This document shows, in pieces, positions 24,893 to 34,899 of a stretch of DNA of 64,000 bases. Position numbers and translations under genes: made by a program. The stretch is from contig QPGO01000211.1 of assembly GCA_008632985.1 (NCBI GenBank), positions 1-64,000 of the forward strand, in the 5' to 3' direction. A model generated the notes under the pieces. The model searched no databases, had not been told where the DNA came from, and saw nothing but the letters and a program-made list of their open reading frames with translations. This DNA comes from Psammoneis japonica (taxonomy: Eukaryota). The number at the start of each line of letters is the position of its first letter. The first letter of the stretch is position 1.

Positions 24893-26660
24893 ATGGGAAC
24901 AATGAATTGCTCCAAAGAAAGGCCAAAAAAGATGGATGGATTGGAGAAAGGAGACATGGAAGGCGAACACGAGCAAGAACAAGAACAAGCACCCCTCGAT
25001 CTGGCGAATCGCATTCATGAAACACAATTGGAGGAGGAAGACAGCAATGAAGACACTGACACAAGCATTCCGTTAACCATGTTGCAACCTGAAGGAGGTG
25101 CTGCTGAGGCAGACAGCATCACAACCATGTCCAAGTTGCAGTCTTGTCAGTCAAATGCAGGTCTCATGCTTTCACGGGTTGACAATGCAGAAATTGATCT
25201 GCCGAGAGCCAAACTTGCCCAGTCCAATGATGGGGAAAATGTTCGGCTCCAAGCAGAGGTTTCTCACCTTCGTCAGTCACATCTGGTTGCTCAGGCGGCT
25301 GAGGAGATTCGTGAAGACATGTCGGTTGACAATGAAAATGCAAAGAAAAAATGATGTCACAGACGTCTCATTGTTTTTGTTGTTCTCCTTTTGGCGATTG
25401 TTCTGGTTGTGGCTGTTGCAGTGCCCGTTTCTTCCAGCACCAACAGCAGCGGCGACATCAACATTGAGAATCCTGAAACACTGAAACAAGTTGCTGCATG
25501 GCAACCCATTGGACAAGTCTTGCACGGCAATGCCCAGGAGGATTTTTTTGGAACCTCCAACTCCTTGTCAAGGGACAGGACCACAGTGGCCATGGGAGCA
25601 TGTCGATTTGTCTCCGTGCATTGAATCAACCCTGACACTCAACAGTGGACACCCATTGTCAAGAATTGGTTGGATGAGCCATTGGTGACAACTTTGGGTG
25701 GTCCTTGTCATCAAATGGTGCGGGCACAATTTTGGCTGTTGGAGCATGTGATGTTGACAGTGACGGATTCAGTGCTGGTCAAGCTCAGGTGTTTGAATGC
25801 AATTCCTTCATGGACCACTGGCTCCAGCTTGGCAGTGACATTGATGGAGGGGTTTCGGGTGACAGGTTTGGTTTTTCATTGTCCACATCCGAGGTGGGAG
25901 ACATTCTTTCCATCGGAGCACCGTTTGATGACACAGGCAGCGGTCGCCATTCTGGATCAGTCCCATTGTTTCAACTCAAATGTGGTGCTTCCTTGTGGAA
26001 CCAACTTGGACAGATGCTGATTGGACAAGCTGCAGGTGATGAATTTGGAGCTTCAGTGTCCCTGAGCAGCTCAGGAAACATCGTTGACATTGGAGAACTC
26101 AAAAGTGGATTGATCGGAAGCTCTGCCGGTCCGATTTTGGCATTTGAATGCAATGCTTCAATCTCACAATGGGTTTCATTGGGCAATCCAATTGACGGAC
26201 AAATTGCTGATGGTCAGTTTGGAATTTCTGCTTCTCTCAATGACAGCGGCTTGATCATGGTGGTGGGCGCATCTGGAAGCAACAAGAGAGTGTCAGTTCA
26301 TGCCCTCAACTGCACATTGTGACATGGATGCAACGTGGCCAAACACTGCTTGCTCCGCAGCGAGGAGACAATTTTGGTGGATCCATGTTGCTGAATGGGA
26401 ATGGAGCTGTCTTGGTTGTTGGGAGTGATTCTCATGATGTCAATGGATCAGTGAATGAGGGTCAAGTTTCAATCTTTCAATGTGACACCAACACAGTGTA
26501 ATGGAGTTGAATGGGCAATCACACAAATGGCACGAGTCTGAGTTTGATCATTTTGGACATGCCGTGTCCTTGTCGGCAAACAGAAGTGTTGTTGCAGTTG
26601 GTGTGTGGGAGAGAGGTGTCAATTTCGACCAATCGGGGTTGGCACATTTGTTCACAGTAA
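24893..26660 (+). pseudogene. Decayed FG-GAP-like repeat membrane protein (copy B, head-to-head paralogue of copy A); a third fragment lies at ~26800-26960
   Basis: Shares LAQSNDxEN, the TM segment and WLQLGSDIDG..GDRFGFSLS / WNQLGQMLIGQAAGDEFGASVSLSSSG with copy A; stops and frameshifts. Confidence 0.75.
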
Positions 26661-27923
26661 AAATTAGAGCCTTGATTTTTGCCCTTTGCGGTTTGACTTG
26701 GTCCAATCCACCTCTGGTCATGAGTGTTGATTGTCACAAAGCCCACAATGGCACGTCAATGTTGACACTGGTTGAAACCAGAACACATTGCAAGCAAAGC
26801 TTTGGATCCAATCAATGGACAAATCACCAATGGTTGGTTTGGGTTGTCTGCTTCTCTTGATGACAGCAGTTTAACAATGACAGTGAGTGCACCTGAAGGC
26901 AATGAAAGTGTGTTGGTTTACATCCATGACCATGAAATGTCAACATGGAAACATTTGCCATTCAGCTTGGTCCCAGCTGGTGGCATGGCAGGAGCATTGA
27001 TTGTCTGACAATGACACAGCAACCTTGCAAGTGGTCATGGCCAGGTGCCCACACAAGAATGAATGACCACCTTGACATCTTCCATCACCAGAAAACCCTT
27101 GTGGCCCATCAAGGTTAAGGTTTTCACAATGTGCTGGCTTTGCTGTTTCTCATTGAGAAACTGTGCTTTGTTGAGGAATGTGGGCTGAACAAGAATTGCA
27201 GACTCAAAACGAAACTTGGGCACCTGCAATTGTGCATCAATCTCCTGTGTTTGTTTGGCACATCATCCTTCATGGAGTGTTCTTCTGATCATCCTCCTTC
27301 CACCAATTTGCACCTTTTGTCACACTTCTTTGCCTGGTGGACAAAGGAGGTTGGTTGAAACAGCGCTGGCTTTGGGCACAGGCTTGTTCCCACACCTGCC
27401 TGAAGCAGGTGTGTGGGGCACTGAGGACAATGTCAACAATGCACTTGCATTGGGCATTGGGCATTGCTTCATTGTTGGCAGTGCTGAATGACTCCTGTTG
27501 AAAACAATTGGGTCAATCACACTGGTGCTTTTGGTGGCCATCATCATGATGTGCTGTCTGCACCTGAGAGCTTCTTTTTCAAGCAAAAAGCACTTGACTG
27601 CCAAAGTGCAAAACAACAACACAATGTGCTGGCAGCATTTCAGACAGGAGCTCTCTTTTGAAAGTGACACAGCAACATCATCAATTGCACAGAGCTGTTC
27701 AAGGAGAAAACACTGTGCACACTGGCACACTTGAGAGAGTTCAAGCAGGATTTTTTTTTGTTTCAAGCATTTTTGGCTTTGTCATGGTGTGCAAAAGCTG
27801 CCAATGGCATTCTTGTGGCTGGTTTTGATAGAGATCCTTGTGTCGGTGCAGGAATGACACTGCCGCTGAGACCCCCCCCACACCAGGAGAATTGTGATCC
27901 CTGTGAGTCCGGGTGCACTGTTC

Positions 27924-28370
27924 TGCAATGTGCAGCTGCTGACAAGAGCCAATGCATCATGGCAACGTGTCACAGCCTTTAAATGTCACAAAGGGCGTGA
28001 CAAAAACAACCTTTTGTCTGCATGCATGCTGCATCATGAATTCACAGCGGAGTGGTTCATCGCAACCATTGGGCAGGAGACCAGGGGTTCGAAACCCTGA
28101 GTGGGAGTTGTCTGCAGCAACGTTGATCACTGTCAAACGCGCAAAACTCTGTGCAGTTCTGCATGTTCCTTCGCACGTACCCACACTGTTCTGCCAAAAC
28201 CGTGCAGTGTCAGTGCACGCCAGTAAAGAGCCGCATGGATGCGTGACACATGGGGAGGAGTGCAACGCACAGCTGCTGACAAGAGTCAATGCATCATGGT
28301 GACGTGTTGCAGCCTTTAAATGTCACAAAGGGCATGACAAAAACAACCTTTTGTCTGCATGCATGCTGCA
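27924..28370. repeat. ~110-bp direct repeat (27924-28033 and 28261-28370) downstream of the copia RNase H remnant
   Basis: cagctgctgacaagag...cctttaaatgtcacaaaggg...gcatgcatgctgca occurs twice. Confidence 0.9.
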
Positions 28371-28399
28371 GTTCTTCTGGTGAACAGCGCAGAGCACAG

Positions 28400-29540
28400 T
28401 GGTGCATTGTCGCTGCCAGGCTGGGGGCCGGTGGCAACTGCTCAACATGTGTCCAAGTGTCAGCAGAACAGCATTTGGGCAACATTCTTGGCAAGTGTGT
28501 TGCTGCAGTTGGCGGTCGCATTGATGCAGCCCATCTTGACCATGTCACGTTCAACCCAATCCTGCAGTGCAAAGTGGTGCATGTCCACATGATGGGTGTG
28601 TCTCATGGGTTGACTGGCACTGGTCATCATGAGAGATGCATTGTTGTCTTCACAGATCAATGTGGCCTGTGTGTGTGGAAATGACAGTTTGCCAGGACAG
28701 AATGAAGGTGCAGCACCATCTTTCCTGCACCCAATGCCGCAACAAGTTCTGCTTCTGAGGAGGATGCAGAGACAGTTGGTTGAACTCCAGTCTTCCATGC
28801 AATGGCAGTTCCAGCAAGCAGGAAAGCTGTTCCTGCAACAGATCATCAATGGTGCATGTCAGCAGCCCAGCTGGAATCCTTGTGTCCAGTCATTTCATGT
28901 GGAGATGCGGCCTGTGGAGGTTGTGGCACTCTGGTGTCATGGGGCACGGTCTTGGGTGATGGTGGTGGCATGAAGGGGGGCATCTCGTCAGGGCATTGGC
29001 ACCAGCATGTGAGACCAAAATCCAGATGTTGCTTGAGGAACTGAAGGGCATTCTTGACCCCATCGCAGTGCATGGTGCCTGGGTTGGACCCGAGCTGGCT
29101 CAGCTTGGTTGTCCATGGCCCAGATTAATTCACCAATGGCCTTCAGATGCAAGAAACCATGTTGTTGCTAGAGGGCCTTGGAGGCAGCAGCATCTGCGGG
29201 AGTGGGGGGCTCATCCAACAGTGTGGAGCAGGAGGCATCACCTGGCATGGGAACATCAGGGGATGTCTGGTGTGTGTCAGCTGAGCCAGCAAGAAAATTG
29301 CAGTTCGTGAGCATCCGCTTCACATGGGAGGTGCTGTGGAGCTGAGTGCAGTCCTGTTCTGTTCCACATCACATCCCAGAAAGAGAGTCAGGAGGCCCTG
29401 ATGTTTGATCTTGCCACCGGTGAGATGACAATCCACAATGTTGCAGCAGATGCAACAACGCGTCTCGTCCGAGTTGGTGGTGATGGTGAAGTCATCTGCT
29501 TGTTGCAGGAAGAGCACCTCCTCTCCATTCACTGTGCCAC
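28400..29540 (-). mobile_element. Ty1/copia reverse transcriptase C-terminus plus RNase H remnant
   Basis: EVLFLQQADDF (from RQVDDF); DSSWAAD...AIAWKTGVQPTVSASSSEAE; TLICEDNNA...HVDMHHFALQDWVERD. Confidence 0.85.
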
Positions 29541-31009
29541 TGTGGGTGCATGGTTCATGGGTGGTTGGAGTCAGGTGCAGGCAGAGAAAAAGAACAAGAG
29601 ATGTTTGTGTGCCACCATGAGAGAGACAGAAAGGAAAAGCAAAGAAGGCTTGTGAATCTGAAAAAGTGCCATGATGAGTTCCAGGTTTGCCAGGTGATCA
29701 ATCCTCCCCCTGTTGGCTGCTGCTGCCGCAACCACAGCGGTGCAGTTGACAGCATTGGCGTCCACAGCAATGACTTCACTCCTGCCAGTCCTTCCAACAA
29801 TGACAGAAGGATTTGTTGTGAGTCCTTCCGCAACCTCTTTCAACCACATGAAAAAACAGCAGCAGCAGCAGCAGCACCAGAATCGTCATCCTTGTTGCAT
29901 TTCTTTCAAATCCATGTTTCATCCTCTTCTGGCAGCAGCAGCTGCCACCATGAATGGAAGTTCCAAAAGTGGCAACCCCAACAAAAAGAAGTCCGTGCAA
30001 AGAAAAATTCGTGCCACTTCATCCAGCAGTGGCAGTGCTGCTGCTACGAGGAATCAAAGCAGCACCAACAACAAGGCACAAACAAAACCAAAGAGATCTC
30101 ATCACGCCATGGCCGTCCTGGCCATGCCACACACAGCCATGGATTGCATGGCCAATGAAGCAATTTTGAAAATGATTGTGCAGCGTGCAGACAAACTGTC
30201 CATGGCTCTAAGATGCCGAAGTCCTCAACCACCAAGTTCGGCCTGTTTGCGCAAGCATGTTGGCAAAGTCCACTCACAACTTTGGGATTGCATCATGAAC
30301 GATGAAGCACAAGACTGTGAATTTTCAGAGGAGAAAGAGAGCCATTTGCCACCAGTGTTTGATTTGCCTGATGTTTGTGCCCATCCGCAAAATCCACCCA
30401 ACACAGCACCAGAAGCCTGGTTGGAAATTCAACCCAATTTGAAGGGCGTGTGTGCAGTCACAATGATCCAATGGGTTGCATCTTGGAAGAAGCAATGGGA
30501 AGGGGTTGTGATTTTCAACACACACCCGTGGCCTGGAAGCTCAATTTGCTGCCTTGAATGCCGATCGACAAGCTTGCAAATTGGGTTCAGTGCAAGCTGC
30601 GCCAGTCCAGCCGCAACACTGCCCCAATGTGAAACAAGTGGCACAAACCAATCAAGTTATTTTTGTTGATGATGAACCTGAAGACAAGTGCCAATTGCTG
30701 CTCTGGCAGGCTTGGCAAGAGCAACAAGGACAGGAACGACAAATGCAACAGAGCGTGGATGATGATGATGATGACAGTGGCAGCACAAGCAGCACGAAGG
30801 ATGCCTTTTTGGATGTGGCAACTGGCACCGCTTTTTCGGATGCAGTGGTTGATGATGAATGCCCCAATGACCAGCTGCTTGGCGGAGCCCGGCTGCCAGC
30901 CAATCAACAAGTCTTGTGCAATTCCACATGTTGTGGTGGAACCTCTGCGCTGTGTTGTGTTGAGAACAAAAGATGTGATGCAATGGGAACCCAGAGGTGT
31001 TGTGCAACT

Positions 31010-32990
31010 CATTGCAACAAACTTTCTCCCGCTGATGCCGATGCCCTTTGCCAAGCCCTGTCCTTTCTCAACCCAACCAACAACCCTGCCATGCAACCAG
31101 AAATCACCACTGGCATCCGTTTTCTTGGCCAACCAATCGGCTCTACCAAATTCGCTTCAAATTTCCTGATGGACAAAGCAGAAACTTTCACCTCACCGAC
31201 AAACAAACTCAAAGCACCCCATTTCACAAATGTGCAATTCCATCCATTACACACCTCCTTGCCGCAGACGTTTGTCACAACCTGATGCACAACACCAACT
31301 GCCCCAACCCCTTCGAATGGGCCTCCCCCTTCAAAGACACCATCATCAGCCACTCACTCCGATTTCTCTCATGCCCTGCTGAAACAACTGCACCTCTCCT
31401 GTCGGCAGCCCATCTTGTTGCCACCCTCCCAGTCTCCCTCAGCGGCGTCGGATGCCACGACATCTCTGCTGCTGCCATCCTTTCCTTTGTCACCTCCCTT
31501 GCCCATTCCATCCGCTGCACCAAACATGGCATCCCACTTGCCGGTGACCAACTCTTCCACCTCCCCCAAAGCTGTTCCACTGCCCTTGGCTCCTGGTCTA
31601 ATCTACAATCCAAACTTTCACTCTGTGCCATCTTCAAGCACCATGCTCCCCCAAAGCTGTTCCACTGCCCTTGGCTCCTGGTCCAATCTACAATCCAAAC
31701 TTTCACTCTGTGCCATCTTCAAGCACTGTGCTCCCATCCTCTTCCAATGTGACTCACCATCCTTTGAGTCCCTCAGACACTCTGTCGAAAACCACAACCC
31801 ACGTGGCCTTGCCCAATGACTCCACCACTGTCATCACAAACACAGCATGCTCTCATAAATCCTGAACAACTCTGCCATCCAGCCAGCTCTCCCATCCCTT
31901 CTTTCTCCCCTTGCAAGTTTGTGCCTTCACTCCCTCTCAAGACTTCACCCATCCAACAGATTGCCCTCTGCATCACTCACCCTCCTTCTTCTGCAAAAGC
32001 TCCGACTCCCTGCTGTCTCTTCTGATTTTCTTTCCAAAGACTGTCCTTGTGGCTGCACCTGACCAGATCCATGTGGCAATCATGCATTCACCTGCATCAA
32101 AATGCACAAAGCCCCACTCTTGAACCATCTTCGTGACACCCTTTGCACGATCATTGAAACCCTGGGCCCTCTCAGCGGCCTGTGCCGAACCTGCCAACAA
32201 GTTTTTCTCAACCCAACCAGTCTTCTGGCCAATCATCCTCTTAAACGCCCCACTGACATTGGAGCACAACTCATTCCCGGCTCCACCCTCCCTGACGCCC
32301 CATCTGCACATCGATTTCTCGCCATTGATGTTGCCGCACCTCCAGCTCCCCCCCCCCCCCCACCTCCTGCACCTGGTTTGCCTGCCCCTGAAAACCCTCT
32401 TGCCAAGGCTCACCTCAGCAGTGCTTGGGACAAGCTGCTTGGCCGCACAACATCTGCAGCCTGCCACTTAGACATCATCAATGCCGTCAACCATGCTGGC
32501 TTGTTCCTTCTCCCTTTTGCCATCCACCACCTCAGTGGCGTTGGACACCATTTCCATGTTTTCTTTTTTGGCCAATCTGCCACGTCATCCTCTCCAATGC
32601 CTCCTCTCCCACCCAAACCACCCTGGACAAACCCATCTGACCTTTCCCACTCCCAAGCTTCCTTCTCGGCATGCAAAAACTCCCTTCCAGCACCCTCCAA
32701 CTTTCTCACCCGTGCCAACACTGCCTGGAGCAACACATCTCTCCTGACCGACTCGGCGACTCACATCACACCGCTGCTCCCCTTCTGTGGGCATCCCAAA
32801 TCCTGAGCTCAAACTTCAGCTTTGCCCTTTCATCTCACCTCTCGAACTGCCAACAACTCCTTCTCACACACCCAACTGTCGCCAACACATCCAATGCACA
32901 CCCGTCCATCCACACCATCAGCCAATCCTTTTTCTCTTCACCACCCAGCGTGCCACACGCGACTCTCCCTCCAACCAACCACACATCTCC
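31010..32990 (+). mobile_element. Non-LTR retrotransposon 3' remnant with restriction-like endonuclease (CRE/R2-type architecture)
   Basis: GIRFLGQPIGS (end of RT); LPVSLSGVG; CPCG...DPCGNHAFTC..HK...NHLRD Zn knuckle at ~32040-32140; RPTDI...AIDV (REL PD..D motif). Confidence 0.75.
31561..31730 (+). repeat. 85-bp tandem duplication inside the non-LTR remnant
   Basis: Units 31561-31645 and 31646-31730; ctccc microhomology at the junction. Confidence 0.95.
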
Positions 32991-33220
32991 ACTGCCCTCT
33001 CTCTAGAGCAGAGAGAGACACCCAATTTTAAAACATCAATCAACGCCCCACATTCTGTGCAGAGGTGCACAAATTGTCTGTTGTCATTCCCACACGCGCA
33101 TTCGCACACTCAGCACGCTGCATGCGGGCGACAACAGATGATTCACGCACCTCTTCTGTGCCCGGTGCAAACAACAGAGTGTGGTCAATTCGTTCCTCTG
33201 CCCCATTGATGTTTCTTTAA

Positions 33221-33686
33221 CCCTTCAACCACCAGGGGAGCAAATCTCCACGGGTGGAGATTTGCTCCACTCAAGGATGTGTGACGTGTCATGCACTTTT
33301 ACAATGATGCAATGAACACAGTAAAAAAATGTCGCATCGTGTGCAATCTGCGTAAAGTGTGCCACGTGCATTTGCTCATTGGGAGCAAATCTCCACCGGT
33401 GGAGATTCTCTCCCAGGGTGTGGTGTCATTGCTCTGTTTGTGATGGCAATTCATGATGACCTCCATTGTTAAAGGTTGAGATTTAGTTCCTCTCTGTTCA
33501 CAGATGAAGCTTGCAAAAAACCCGGTGTTAAAAGTCGACATTGAACTTTCTAAATTGCAAAAAGGGTGCCTCCAGATTTTCAGCGAATGCGTGTTCCAGA
33601 ACAAAATCGCGCGAATGAAATGTTGCACATGTCTGAAATTACTTCATTTGCCACATTTGTGATGCAAGCGCCCGGTGGTTGAAGGG
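33221..33686. mobile_element. piggyBac-type MITE (466 bp)
   Basis: TTAA target duplications at 33217-33220 and 33687-33690; TIR CCCTTCAACCACC(A/G)GG; two internal ~32-bp palindromes. Confidence 0.9.
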
Positions 33687-33789
33687 TTAAGATGCCAGCG
33701 GTGCAAGTGAACAATGTGAAAGGAGAGCCTTTGACAAAAATCGTGTCCGGGGAAACTGCAGCGCAGGCTGAAGAGAGAATTTCCAAATG

Positions 33790-34800
33790 AACAGAGGGTG
33801 TCCTGGAGAATTCAGACGGTGTTGCGCTTTCCGCTGGTGATTGTATCACGGCAGAAGGAGTGCCTTGTGTGTTTGAGCCTCTGCAGCAACAACAACAAGT
33901 TGACACAGTGCCAGAAGAGTGCAAACAACTTGCTGCCTTTGCAAAGGGGGAAATGGACAACAGGACGAAGCACAAACCCATGTCAGAAGCATCGGTGCCA
34001 TTTGCAAAAGAAACATTGAAAGGGTGCGGATTTACAGTGGAAGTGGCCCCTTTCATCACCAAGTGCGGTTCCGGAGCAGACCCACCCCCATGTTCATGGA
34101 AAATTGTGGACGGAAAACCCAAGGAGTGGAAGAAAGGCAAACATGCTGGCACACCTGGAGCTGGGGACTGGGTTCGTGACAACCTGTTGGGTGACGACAC
34201 AAACTTTGGTCTCAAGGTTGTTGCCGGTTCTGTGCTGCCAAAGATTAAAGCCAATCGTCGCAGTGCTTCGGGAACGGGAGATTTAGCCATTGGAGATCCA
34301 ATTTCGATGAACCATGGAGAAGAACATTTGTTTGCGAACGGTTTGGTTGAATTGAAAACACATGAGCATCCCTTGAAAACTGGACAAAGTTTGCTCCAGC
34401 TGCTGGCATTGTCGATGATCAGTCGCCTTAAAACAGGCGTTGCCCTTCTCGCTGCCGACTGCCATGCAAAATGGGAAACCTTTCACTTCTCGAATGGTCA
34501 TACGGTGCAACGCCAAATTTATCAGCACGGCCGAAAAGCTTGGGAAGATTTCATGGAATTGATCAAGTCTCTGGGAATGCAGGTCTTTAAGATAAAAATG
34601 GACACAATCGACGAAGAGGACGAGCAGAACCTGGATGGTTTTCATTTTGGAGACCAAGAAAGTAAGAAATTAGAAGCAGTGTAGGACGAGGCGTTGCTCG
34701 AGCGCATGGCTGACCATCTCGGCGATGTCTACGGCGAACGACCAGTTGTCCCATTCTGGGCCCGTGCAGAGTCAAGAGTTCCTGACTGCTGCGTCTGACG
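33790..34800 (+). pseudogene. Degenerate PD-(D/E)xK restriction-like nuclease fold protein (Crinkler REase-like)
   Basis: SGTGDLAI...GLVELKT...QSLLQLLALS...VALLAAD motif order; premature stop at 34684. Confidence 0.45.
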
Positions 34801-34899
34801 CACAGCCATCAACAGGAGGAGGCGGACAGCTGCTGCCTGTTGCGGCATAAATGACAAATGCTTCTAGTGTCTCAAAGCCAGCACAAGGCACTCCAGAGC

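Noticed and set aside
27860..27890. G-run on the minus strand as a copia polypurine tract or LTR start
   Set aside because: It is not followed by a clear TG...CA LTR, and I found no matching second LTR in the window.
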